From the NCBI GenBank assembly GCA_039630085.1, contig JBCNVM010000002.1, positions 10,105-74,104 on the forward strand: 64,000 nt of DNA, written 5' to 3'. The DNA comes from Candidatus Caldarchaeales archaeon (lineage in GTDB: Archaea; Thermoproteota; Nitrososphaeria_A; Caldarchaeales; Calditenuaceae). Positions 34,856-43,593 of the stretch are shown one piece after another; the stretch's first letter is position 1, and each line of letters begins with the position of its first letter. The notes under the pieces were generated by a model. That model ran no database searches and was not told the DNA's origin. It worked only from the letters and a program-made list of their open reading frames with translations. A program made the translations under genes and the position numbers.

Positions 34856-36061
34856 TCAGCCCGTGCACCCCCTCTCCGACGGCCTAAAGACGTGGAGCTC
34901 CTGAAAGTCGCTCGAGAGGAAGACCGCGCCGAGCTTCAGGTGCCTGACGGCGTCTCTGTAGCTCGTCAGGATCCTGACCGCGTTCCTCGACTTGACGAAT
35001 CCCATCAGCATCGCGAGGCTGAGGACCCGGAACCTCTCGTCGAGCACGTATGAGAGCAGCCCGACGCCCGCCTTCCTGAGGTCCGGGCTTGCGTCGAACT
35101 CGTCTGGGGCTAGCAGGGCCGCGTCGACGCCGTGCCGCTCCGCGTCCAAGACCGCCTCCTCGAAGTAGGGCTCAGGGTCGTCTAGGTAGGAGTCGGAGAA
35201 CACGGTCGAGTACCTGATCCAGCTCTTCACCAGCTGCCTGACGGAGCTCTCCCTGAAGGCGTTCGATGTCCTCATCTCCCTGGCCCTCTTCCTCTCCTCC
35301 CTGCTCCTCGAGGCCATGGTCTCCGGCCTCTCGAGGAAGACCGCCTCGGCCCCCACTCCCTCGATCGCCCTCCTCATCTCCTCCGGGGGCTCGATCCCCA
35401 TCAGCAGGACGTGCGTCGGCCTCACCGCCCTGATCAGCTCGGACTTGTGGAGGACCGCGTCGTCGCCGTCGATCCAGCCGTCCACGTCGATGAGGACCCT
35501 CTCTGAGCCCGCGAGGTCCTGCAGGACCCTCCTCGCGACCGCGACCGACCTGCCGACGCAGAGCGAGGGCGACGTGAACCCGAAGGCGTAGACCGCCTCG
35601 GCCCTGAGGCCGTAAAGCGCGTGGGTGCTTGACCCGGCCCTCGCGTACCCGACCGTCGTGGGAGGACAGATCTCGCCCTGGCCGACGTCGAGGTCGACGA
35701 AGTGGACCTCTCCCCTCGAGACCGAGCCGTTCAGCAGCGTCAAGAGGACCGAGGTCTTGCCCGAGTCGACCCTCCCTAACGCCATAACCCTGAACTTCTC
35801 GCCGAGCGAGTCTGCCAGTCTCCTCCACGACTCCGGGATTGGGTCGAAGTCCAGCTCCTCGTGGGAGCTTCCGGTCCCGAGGCTCAGCACCACGGTGGAG
35901 TCCTCCAGCGCTGTGATGGGCACCGTCTTCCACGGCTTCACCAAGACGCTCTCCCCTCTCCTCGGCCGGTGCCCGAAGACCTCGACCGCCCCCGACTCGA
36001 GGGAGGCCGACGCCGGGCCCTTCAGCAGCACGGCCCTCCCCTTCTTCAGCTCCAGCCTCAT
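34856..36061 (-). CDS. Clp1 / Grc3-type polynucleotide 5'-hydroxyl kinase homologue
   Basis: P-loop LGRVDSGKTS, VDLDVGQGEICPPTTVG and IDVDGWIDGDD arranged as in Clp1. Start at ATG 36061. Confidence 0.7.
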   Translation of the reverse strand: MRLELKKGRAVLLKGPASASLESGAVEVFGHRPRRGESVLVKPWKTVPITALEDSTVVLSLGTGSSHEELDFDPIPESWRRLADSLGEKFRVMALGRVDSGKTSVLLTLLNGSVSRGEVHFVDLDVGQGEICPPTTVGYARAGSSTHALYGLRAEAVYAFGFTSPSLCVGRSVAVARRVLQDLAGSERVLIDVDGWIDGDDAVLHKSELIRAVRPTHVLLMGIEPPEEMRRAIEGVGAEAVFLERPETMASRSREERKRAREMRTSNAFRESSVRQLVKSWIRYSTVFSDSYLDDPEPYFEEAVLDAERHGVDAALLAPDEFDASPDLRKAGVGLLSYVLDERFRVLSLAMLMGFVKSRNAVRILTSYRDAVRHLKLGAVFLSSDFQELHVFRPSERGCTG

Positions 36062-36168
36062 GCACCGTCTGAACCGCCTCAGCTGGGAAAAAAGTTGAGG
36101 CAGGCAGGACCGATGACTCCGGGACCGCGCCGCCAAACCTTATTACAGGCGCGGGGCGAGATCGACCG

Positions 36169-36960
36169 ATGAGCTGGGGCCTCCAGAACAGGCTCTCCAG
36201 GATCATCAAGCCCTCGACGAAGAGGACCGTGATGCTCGCGGTGGACCACGGCTACTTCCTCGGACCCATCAAGGGCCTCGAGAACCCGAGGAGGACCATA
36301 ACGCCGCTCCTGCCCTACGCCGACGCGATCATGCTGACGAGGGGGGTCCTGAGGACGAGCGTCGACCCAACAGTCGACGTCCCGATCGTGCTGAGGGTCT
36401 CCGGGGGCAACACGATAGCGGGCCCCGCGCTCGGCGACGAGGAGATCGTGACCTCGGTCGAGGACGCGGTGAGGCTGAACGCCTCTGCCCTGGCCTTCTC
36501 GATCTACGTCGGCACCCAGTATGAGCACCAGACGCTGAAGGCCCTCGCCCAGCTGATCGACCTCGGGGAGACCTACGGCATACCAGTCCTCGCGGTCACC
36601 GCGGTGGGCAGGGAGCTCGAGAAGCGCGAGACCAAGTACATCGCCCTGGCGTGCAGGGTGGCGGCGGAGCTCGGCGCCCACTTCATCAAGACCTACTACA
36701 CGCCGGAGTTCGAGAAGGTCGTCGACTCGGCCCCGGTGCCCCTCGTGATAGCCGGCGGGCCCAAGATGGAGACGGAGCTCGACGCGCTGAAGCTCGCCTA
36801 CGACGCGGTCCAGGCGGGAGCCGCGGGCGTCGACTTCGGGAGGAACGCCTTCCAGTCACCGAACCCGGTCGGGATGATCAAGGCCCTTAGGAGGATCGTC
36901 CACGAGAACTGGACTCCTAAGGAGGCGGCCCAAGAGCTGGGCCAGCTGGCCGTGAGGTGA
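36169..36960 (+). CDS. class I aldolase of the DhnA / FbaB / LsrF family (archaeal FBP aldolase or ADH synthase type)
   Basis: MLAVDHGYFLGP, AFSIYVG, Schiff-base region AHFIKTYYT and VIAGGPK. Confidence 0.8.
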   Translation: MSWGLQNRLSRIIKPSTKRTVMLAVDHGYFLGPIKGLENPRRTITPLLPYADAIMLTRGVLRTSVDPTVDVPIVLRVSGGNTIAGPALGDEEIVTSVEDAVRLNASALAFSIYVGTQYEHQTLKALAQLIDLGETYGIPVLAVTAVGRELEKRETKYIALACRVAAELGAHFIKTYYTPEFEKVVDSAPVPLVIAGGPKMETELDALKLAYDAVQAGAAGVDFGRNAFQSPNPVGMIKALRRIVHENWTPKEAAQELGQLAVR

Positions 36961-37464
36961 TCAGGTCCCGCCGGAGCCCCTCTCGTCGCTCACCAGCACC
37001 AGCCCCTCCGAGGTCACGAGCCTCAGCAGCTCGCCGTACTTCAGCTCGATCTCGACGACCGTGCCGTCGGGGTCCGAGAGGTCGATGACCTCCCTCCTCT
37101 TCCAGACGTAGCCGCCGGACTTCAGGTTGAGCCTGCTGAAGGTCCCCACGAGGCTCAGCGGTATCCTCCTGGACCTGAAGGGGAGCAGGTACTCGACGAA
37201 GCAGAACCTGTGGGCCCTGTCGTGGACGTCGCCGTAGAACGTGTTGAAGTAGAGGTGGAGCGGCTCGGACCTGTAGTACGTCTCCCAGGTCGTGTACCTC
37301 GAGTAGTAGGGGACCCATCCCTCGTCCCGGAGCTCCATGTCCTCAAGGGAGACAGGCCTCCTCCAGCCGGAGACCAGGAAGCCCCGCTCCTCCAGCTTCG
37401 GGATCACGGCGCCCCTCAGTATCCCCTGCCGGAGCAGCTCGATCCTCTCCCTCTGCGTCGTCAT
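36961..37464 (-). CDS. hypothetical protein, no recognisable family
   Basis: 167 aa, Trp/Tyr-rich, core-like codon usage. GTG 37503 of the track abuts the TATA box, so ATG 37464 is preferred. Confidence 0.4.
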   Translation of the reverse strand: MTTQRERIELLRQGILRGAVIPKLEERGFLVSGWRRPVSLEDMELRDEGWVPYYSRYTTWETYYRSEPLHLYFNTFYGDVHDRAHRFCFVEYLLPFRSRRIPLSLVGTFSRLNLKSGGYVWKRREVIDLSDPDGTVVEIELKYGELLRLVTSEGLVLVSDERGSGGT

Positions 37465-37504
37465 CGCGTTACCGACCTTGTTTCTTCCGACCGGAGGGTC
37501 CACA

Positions 37505-37515
37505 TTTTATATTAA
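37505..37515. promoter_or_regulatory. bidirectional TATA element TTTTATATTAA
   Basis: Centred about 29 nt upstream of ATG 37539 (plus strand) and upstream of the divergent hypothetical gene. Confidence 0.45.
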
Positions 37516-37538
37516 GTTGTCTCGCGACCTGCGGCGGG

Positions 37539-38501
37539 ATGAAGTGCAGGGCGAGGGCGTTCACGATGCAGGCCCTCGTGAAGTACCACGGGATGAGGGA
37601 CTGGGCCCTGAGGATTCCTTACCACGACAGCGTCTCCGTGAACACGGACGTCGCGTACGTCGACGCGGAGGTCGAGTTCGGCGACTTCGACTCGGACTCG
37701 GTCGTCACGAACGGAGAGGTCGCGAGGGGCAGGTCGCTGGAGAGGGTGATCAGCGTGATAGACAGGGTCAGGTCGCTCGCGGGGATCGAGGAGAGGGTGA
37801 GGGTCGTCACGGAGAACCAGCCGAAGGTCAGGGCAAAGGGGATGGGCTACTCCGCGGCCGCGGGGGCATCGATCGCGAAGGCCGCGCTCCACGCCGCGGG
37901 GCTACGGGAGCTTGCGGAGGACCCGAGGTTCCTCTCGAGGGTCGCGAGGCTCCTCGCGGGCTCGGCCTGCAGGTCAGCGGTCGGGAAGTTCGCGAGGTGG
38001 TACGCGGGGACTTCCGACGAGGACAGCTACGCGGAGGCCTTCGCCGACGAGAGGGACATGGACCTGAGGTTCGTGATCGTCCCGCTCCACGCGGACATCG
38101 CCACCGAGGACGCCCACCGGGAGGCCGAGACCTCGCCCTTCTTCAGGGAGAGGATCAGGACCGCGAACGAGAGGTGCGACAGGGTCGTCAGGGCGATTAA
38201 GGACGGAGACTTCGACGCGTTGGGGAGGCTGGTCGAGAGGGACAGCCTCGAGCTCCATGCTATCACAATGACGGGGGACTCGGGGCTCATTCCGGTCACG
38301 CCAGACTCGCTCAGGGTGATCTCGGTGGTGAAGTCCCTCAGGGCCAGGGGCATACCGGCCTACTACTCGATGCAGACGGGCCCGACGGTCTACGTCAACA
38401 CCCTCCCCGAGCACGTCGAGGAGGTCGAGCTGGAGCTCAGGGGCGCGGGTTACTTCACGCTGGTCTCCGGCGTCGGCGGGGGAGCGACGGTCATAGAGTA
38501 G
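37539..38501 (+). CDS. GHMP-kinase-fold mevalonate (di)phosphate decarboxylase family enzyme
   Basis: ALVKYHGMRD...IPYHDSVSVN N-terminal signature and the GMGYSAAAGAS phosphate-binding loop; substrate (MVAPP or MVAP) not decidable by eye. Confidence 0.7.
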   Translation: MKCRARAFTMQALVKYHGMRDWALRIPYHDSVSVNTDVAYVDAEVEFGDFDSDSVVTNGEVARGRSLERVISVIDRVRSLAGIEERVRVVTENQPKVRAKGMGYSAAAGASIAKAALHAAGLRELAEDPRFLSRVARLLAGSACRSAVGKFARWYAGTSDEDSYAEAFADERDMDLRFVIVPLHADIATEDAHREAETSPFFRERIRTANERCDRVVRAIKDGDFDALGRLVERDSLELHAITMTGDSGLIPVTPDSLRVISVVKSLRARGIPAYYSMQTGPTVYVNTLPEHVEEVELELRGAGYFTLVSGVGGGATVIE

Positions 38502-38531
38502 GCCTTCACGGGTGGGACGGGCGGAGCGGTT

Positions 38532-39422
38532 TTGAAGGTCGGGATCTGCGTCCCCAACTTCGGCAACAACCTCAGCAGGGAGCTCGTAGTGTCCTCCGCT
38601 GTCGAGGCCGAGCGGCTCGGATACGACTCGGTCTGGGTGACCGATCACATCGCCATCGGCGCGGCGCATACTTATCCCTACGGGAGGACATATGAGGCCG
38701 TCACGACCCTTGCCTATCTGGCCGCGAAGACGGAGTCGGTCAAGCTCGGGACATCGGTGATCGTCGCCCCTCTCAGGAACGCGGTCCTCATCGCGAAGCA
38801 GATGGCAACGCTCGACGTCCTCTCGGGCGGGAGGGTCATCGTCGGCCTCGGCGCGGGATGGGAGCCGACCGAGTTCAGGGCCCTCGGCTCGGACTTCAGG
38901 AGGAGGGGGAGGCTGCTCGACGAGCAGGTCAGGCTGATCAAGGCCCTCTGGTCTGGAAAGGCCCCGGATTTCGCCGGCGAGTTCCACAGGATCGCGGGCG
39001 TGCTCTTCAGCCCGGCCCCGGTCACCGCGGGAGGGCCGCCGATCTGGATCGGCGGGAACTCCGAGAGGGCGGTGAGGAGGGCCCTCGAGCTCGCCGACGG
39101 CTGGCACTTCACCGGGATGCCCCTGGACGAGTTCGCGGAGCGGATGAGGCTTATCAGGTTCCGGTCGAGGGAGGGCTTCGTCGTCTCGGGGAGGATCACG
39201 GTGAGGCTCGACCCGAGGGCGAAAGGCGAGGAGGTTCGGGCCGGGTCGGGGGAGAGGAGGTACGTCTTCGGCGGCGACGCGGGGCGGGTCGCTGAGGACC
39301 TCTCGAGGTACTTCGATCTTGGGCTCCAGTACCCGGTCGTCTACCTCGGCGACCTGAGACAGGACGAGCTCAGGGCGAAGATGAGGGAGTTCATCAGGGA
39401 AGTCGCGCCCTCTCTCCCCTAG
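38532..39422 (+). CDS. luciferase-like (LLM class) oxidoreductase, probably F420-dependent
   Basis: MKVGICVPNFG, GYDSVWVTDH and GGRVIVGLGAGW..EF..LG motifs of the LLM TIM barrel. Confidence 0.75.
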   Translation: MKVGICVPNFGNNLSRELVVSSAVEAERLGYDSVWVTDHIAIGAAHTYPYGRTYEAVTTLAYLAAKTESVKLGTSVIVAPLRNAVLIAKQMATLDVLSGGRVIVGLGAGWEPTEFRALGSDFRRRGRLLDEQVRLIKALWSGKAPDFAGEFHRIAGVLFSPAPVTAGGPPIWIGGNSERAVRRALELADGWHFTGMPLDEFAERMRLIRFRSREGFVVSGRITVRLDPRAKGEEVRAGSGERRYVFGGDAGRVAEDLSRYFDLGLQYPVVYLGDLRQDELRAKMREFIREVAPSLP

Positions 39423-39712
39423 ACCTCCGGGCAGGAGCAGGGCTTAGACCCGCACCGCGGGCACCTGTCCGCGTACTTCGACACGAAGGCCCTCTCCAAG
39501 TCGACGCCCAGCACGTTCGCGAGGCTCGCGAGCCAGGCCAGCACGTCTGCCAGCTCCTCCTCGACCCCGTTCCGGCCTTCCTTGACGACCGCGTCCGCGA
39601 CCTCGCCGACCTCCGAGACTAGCCAGAGCAGCGTCCTCTCGGCGCCCCTCCTCGCGTCCTTGTGGCCGTAGAGCTCCCTCATCATCCTCTGGACCTCCGA
39701 GACCGTCGGCAT
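39419..39712 (-). CDS. MazG-like all-alpha nucleotide pyrophosphohydrolase with C-terminal Cys knuckle
   Basis: LLWLVSEVGEVADAV...EEELADVLAWLASLAN carries the EExxE/D metal motifs of the MazG/HisE fold; tail CPRCGSKPCSC. Confidence 0.7.
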   Translation of the reverse strand: MPTVSEVQRMMRELYGHKDARRGAERTLLWLVSEVGEVADAVVKEGRNGVEEELADVLAWLASLANVLGVDLERAFVSKYADRCPRCGSKPCSCPEV

Positions 39713-39749
39713 GCAGCGGAGAACTTCCGGCCCGGTAAAAATCTGACAG

Positions 39750-40109
39750 CTAGGCTCTGACCCTCCTGAAGAAGCAGGTCCTGTTCCCGGTGTGACAGGC
39801 GGGGCCCTTGGGCCTGACGAGGTAGAGGAGGGTGTCGCCGTCGCAGTCGACCATCACGTCCACGACCTCCATCGTGTTCCCGGACTCCTCGCCCTTCATC
39901 CAGAGCCTGTTCCTCGACCTGCTCCAGAAGTACGCCCTCCCCTCCCTGAGCGTCGCCTCGAGGGCCTCCCTGTTCGCGAAGGCGACCATCAGGACCTCCC
40001 TGGTCTCGGCGTCCTGGACGACCACCGGCACGAGCCCGTTCGCCTTCGAGAAGTCGACGTCGCTGGGACCTACGGAGCTCAAAGCCTCACCTCCACGCCT
40101 CTCGACCAT
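39750..40109 (-). CDS. hisI: phosphoribosyl-AMP cyclohydrolase
   Basis: GLVPVVVQD..T.EVLMVAFANREAL, WSRSRNRLWMKGEESGN and DCDGDTLLYLV...GPACHTG. Confidence 0.9.
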   Translation of the reverse strand: MVERRGGEALSSVGPSDVDFSKANGLVPVVVQDAETREVLMVAFANREALEATLREGRAYFWSRSRNRLWMKGEESGNTMEVVDVMVDCDGDTLLYLVRPKGPACHTGNRTCFFRRVRA

Positions 40110-40873
40110 AGGTACTCCTTCACCTGCCTCACGGTCAGCTTCCCGTAGTGGAAGACCGATGCCGCGAGCACCGCGTCAGCCCCTCCCTCCGCGATCGCAG
40201 CGTGGAAGTCCTCGAGGGTTCCTGCGCCTCCGCTGGCTATCACCGGTACGTTCACGGAGCTTGTTATCCTGCGGAGCAGCTCGACGTCGTATCCCAGCTG
40301 CCTCCCGTCCCTGTCTATCGAGGTGACCAGCAGCTCGCCCGCTCCCAGCTCCGCGGCCCTCACGGCCCACTCCTCCGCGGTCAGGTTGGTCGACCTCGTC
40401 CCCGAGTGGGTGTAGACCCTGTAGACGGCTCTTCCACCTGAGGCCTCCCTCGCCGCGTCGATCGCGACCACGACGCACTGGTCGCCGTACCTCCTCGAGA
40501 GCCTCGAGATCAGCTCCGGCCTCTCGACGGCCATCGTGTTGATCGAGACCTTGTCGGCGCCGTTCCTCAGCAGCGCCTCCGCGTCAGCAGGGCTCCTGAC
40601 CCCTCCCCCGACCGTGAAGGGTATGTCGATCTCCTCAGCGACCCTCCTGACGACCTCGACCGTCGCGGCCCTCCCCTCGACCGAGGCCGAGACGTCCAGA
40701 AAGACCAGCTCGTCGGCTCCCTCCTGGACGTACCTCTCGGCCAGCTCGACCGGGTCTCCCGCGTCCCTCAGTCCCCTGAACGAGACCCCCTTCACGACCC
40801 TGCCCTTGTCCACGTCGAGGCACGGGATCACCCTCTTGGCTACCATCCGCAACCCCCCTTCGTCTCCCCTCAT
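40079..40873 (-). CDS. hisF: imidazole glycerol phosphate synthase cyclase subunit
   Basis: KRVIPCLDVDKGRVVKG, DELVFLDVSAS, PFTVGGGVRS, GADKVSINT and ASGGAG. The start may be the internal ATG 40846. Confidence 0.92.
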   Translation of the reverse strand: MRGDEGGLRMVAKRVIPCLDVDKGRVVKGVSFRGLRDAGDPVELAERYVQEGADELVFLDVSASVEGRAATVEVVRRVAEEIDIPFTVGGGVRSPADAEALLRNGADKVSINTMAVERPELISRLSRRYGDQCVVVAIDAAREASGGRAVYRVYTHSGTRSTNLTAEEWAVRAAELGAGELLVTSIDRDGRQLGYDVELLRRITSSVNVPVIASGGAGTLEDFHAAIAEGGADAVLAASVFHYGKLTVRQVKEYLWSRGVEVRL

Positions 40874-40948
40874 TTAACCCGAGCGCCGGATCGGCGGCCG
40901 CGCGATGGGCTTATCAACATCGGGAGCGCTCGAGACGAAGGAGCGCTG

Positions 40949-41902
40949 ATGGAGGCGAGGGCCGAGGAGGTCGAGGCGGTGATCGGGAGGCTGAGGGCCG
41001 AGTTCGAGCAGCACATGGGCAAGAAGCTCAGGTCCGAGCCCAGCGGCCGTCTGATCTCGGAGGTCGTCGAGGGAGGGAAGAGGCTGAGGCCCGCGTTCCT
41101 CCTCATGGTCTTCGAGTGCCTGAACGGGAGGGACCGGGAGATGGCCCTAGACGTCGCTTACGCCCTCGAGCTGGCCCACAACGCGTCCCTCGTCCACGAC
41201 GACATCATCGACCTCGACTTCACGAGGAGGGGGAGGCCTTCGCTCTGGAGGAGGATCGGGATCGGGAGGGCCGTGATCGAGGGTCACAGGATCATCAACG
41301 TCGCGTTCTCCACTGCCCTCGAGAAGGGACAGGAGATCGCGAGGATCTTCTTAGAGGCATGGGACAAGGCTTCCCTCGGCGTGTTGGAGGAGATAGCCGC
41401 TACCAAACCGCCCTCCGAGATCTTCTACCAAAGGGTCATCGAGCATAAGACGGGGAGCCTCTTCGCAGCCGCAGCTGAGTCGGCGGCCGTATGCGCTGGC
41501 GCCGAGGGTCCGTTCAGGGAGGCGATCAAGCGATACGGGCTGCTCGTCGGGACCGCGTACCAGATTGCGGACGACATCGTCGAGCTGAGAAAGAGGCCGC
41601 TCGGGCTCAGCCTGATGCTCGCGCTGACCAGGGTCGAGGACGCGTTCGTGAAGTTCGCGTTAGCCCTGAGGACCAAGTCCCTGAGGGCGCTCCTGAGCTT
41701 CGCGAAGGTCCGCGGGAAGGACGTCAGCTTCTTCACATCGCTGCTGGAGGAGAAGCTGGAGGAGATCGACAGGTTGGTCGACTCGCTCCCCCTTGACCCC
41801 GACAGGAAGGTCCTCCTCAAGTCCTTCCCCAGGTACTGCGTAAGGGAGATGTTGAAGGAGGGCAGGGTCGATGTCAGCTCGCTGCGAGTCCTGCGGGGCT
41901 GA
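40949..41902 (+). CDS. trans-isoprenyl diphosphate synthase (GGPP synthase-like)
   Basis: First Asp-rich motif LVHDDIIDLD and second YQIADDIVE; 317 aa. Confidence 0.85.
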   Translation: MEARAEEVEAVIGRLRAEFEQHMGKKLRSEPSGRLISEVVEGGKRLRPAFLLMVFECLNGRDREMALDVAYALELAHNASLVHDDIIDLDFTRRGRPSLWRRIGIGRAVIEGHRIINVAFSTALEKGQEIARIFLEAWDKASLGVLEEIAATKPPSEIFYQRVIEHKTGSLFAAAAESAAVCAGAEGPFREAIKRYGLLVGTAYQIADDIVELRKRPLGLSLMLALTRVEDAFVKFALALRTKSLRALLSFAKVRGKDVSFFTSLLEEKLEEIDRLVDSLPLDPDRKVLLKSFPRYCVREMLKEGRVDVSSLRVLRG

Positions 41903-41996
41903 GCTCAGGCGGATCAACGTCTTGAGGGGCCGGGTCCTCTGCGACCGCTGCTACGAGGCCGCGTCGGGGCCGGCCGGCGGGGTGTGCCTCCACTGA
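41871..41996 (+). CDS. candidate 41-aa zinc-ribbon micro-protein
   Basis: Below the track cutoff: MSARCESCGAELRRINVLRGRVLCDRCYEAASGPAGGVCLH (CxxC-N15-CxxC). Core-like codons; overlaps the prenyl-synthase 3' end by 32 nt and ends 9 nt before the ABC permease start. Confidence 0.35.
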   Translation: MSARCESCGAELRRINVLRGRVLCDRCYEAASGPAGGVCLH

Positions 41997-42005
41997 GGTG
42001 AGGCC

Positions 42006-43592
42006 TTGGACCTACTGGAGATTCTGACGGCTGTCGGCGCCTCCTGGCTGCGGATACTGGTGGCACTGGCCGTCTCGGTCCTCGCGGCCGTTCCGATCGG
42101 CATCGCGTCCGCCCTCAACAGGAGGGTCGAGTGGCTGGTCGTCCCGGTGCTCGACGTACTACAGAGCGTCCCGATCCTCGGCTTCTTCCCGATCGCGGTC
42201 ATCTCCCTCGCCAGGGTCTCGCCGGTCCTCGGGCCCGAGCTCGCCTCGGTCTTCCTGATCTTCACCTGCACCTTCTGGAACTTTGCGTTCGGCGTCTACG
42301 AGTCCGTCAGGAGCATCCCGGTCGAGCTGAGGGAGGGCATAAGGCTCTGGAACCTCCCCTTCCCCGAGAGGCTGACGAAGGTCTACCTCCCGGCCGCAGC
42401 ACCTAGGGTCCTCTCGAACCTACAGCCCTCCACGGCGAACGCTTGGTTCTTCCTCTCCGCGAGCGAGGTGATGGTCCTCGGAAGGGAGGAGCTCAGGGTC
42501 CACGGGGTCGGTTACCTGGTCGAGAAGTACGCGGCCGCCGGCGACGCCGCCTCGCTCGCGGTCCTGCTCTCGCTGACGCTGTTCACGATAGGAGTGGTCC
42601 AGTTCGCGGTCTACGGTCCGATCGTCACCAAGGCCGTCGAGGGGGACTTCGAGCACGAGGTGAGGCTCGCGCCACCCAGGGCCCTCGTCACGGGGATATC
42701 GGCGATCGCCTCCGGGTTCAGGACGTTCGGCGACGCAGGCCTAGGAAGGTTAGCTCGGATGAAGCAGATCAGGGTGCCGCTGCAGGTCTTCCACGTCGTC
42801 CAGTCCCGCGTCCGGATCGTCCCCTGGGTCGCGGCCGTCGCGGCGGTCGTCCTCGGCGCGGCCTCGGTCTCCCTCGCGGCGGAGTACGGGCCCGACCTCT
42901 ATGAGTCCCTCCGCCTCGGGCTCTCCAGGCTCTCGGGCGTCGACTGGCTCGGGGTCTCCGCGGCCCTCGCCGTCTCCACGGCCCGCGTGCTGGCGGTCCT
43001 CGCGATAGCGGCCGCCTGGTCTATCCCGGTCGCCTACTTCTTCGCCGTTCGGGAGGGGCTCAGGAGGGCCCTCCTTCCGGTCGTGCAGGTGATCGCCTCC
43101 TTCCCTGCTCCCCTCCTCTTCCCGGTCCTCGCGCCGGCTCTAGCCTCGCTGGGGCGCCTCGGGCTGGAGGGCGCGTCGATACTGATGATGCTGATCGGGT
43201 CGCAGTACTACGTCTTCTACTCGGTCCTCTCGGGCTTCATGAGGGTCGACAGGTCCTACGGCGAGCTCTCGAGCCTCTGCGGCCTCGGGTTCGGATACTC
43301 CCTCTCGACGATCTACCTGCCCTACGCGCTGCCCTCGCTGATCACCGGAGCGATCACGACCGCTGGCGGGGCCTGGAACGCGACCGTGGTGGCCGAGGCG
43401 GTCGAGGTCGGCGGCGTGGTCTACGAGACTCCCCTGCCCGGTCTGGGGAAGGTCATCGCGGGCGCGGCCCTCTCCGGGGACGTCTTCTCACTCTCGGTCT
43501 ACGTGAGCGTCATGACCCTCTTCATCGTCGCCCTCAACAGGACGCTCTGGAGGAGGCTCTACGACTGGTCCGTGGGGCTCGTGGCAGGCTAA
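42006..43592 (+). CDS. ABC transporter, duplicated (fused) permease of the nitrate/sulfonate/taurine type (COG4986-like)
   Basis: 528 aa, two BPD-transporter halves each with an EAA-like loop (YESVRSIPVELREGIRLWN; second half SVLSGFMRVDRSYGELSSLCG). No ATPase or binding-protein gene adjacent. Confidence 0.65.
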   Translation: MDLLEILTAVGASWLRILVALAVSVLAAVPIGIASALNRRVEWLVVPVLDVLQSVPILGFFPIAVISLARVSPVLGPELASVFLIFTCTFWNFAFGVYESVRSIPVELREGIRLWNLPFPERLTKVYLPAAAPRVLSNLQPSTANAWFFLSASEVMVLGREELRVHGVGYLVEKYAAAGDAASLAVLLSLTLFTIGVVQFAVYGPIVTKAVEGDFEHEVRLAPPRALVTGISAIASGFRTFGDAGLGRLARMKQIRVPLQVFHVVQSRVRIVPWVAAVAAVVLGAASVSLAAEYGPDLYESLRLGLSRLSGVDWLGVSAALAVSTARVLAVLAIAAAWSIPVAYFFAVREGLRRALLPVVQVIASFPAPLLFPVLAPALASLGRLGLEGASILMMLIGSQYYVFYSVLSGFMRVDRSYGELSSLCGLGFGYSLSTIYLPYALPSLITGAITTAGGAWNATVVAEAVEVGGVVYETPLPGLGKVIAGAALSGDVFSLSVYVSVMTLFIVALNRTLWRRLYDWSVGLVAG

Positions 43593-43593
43593 G

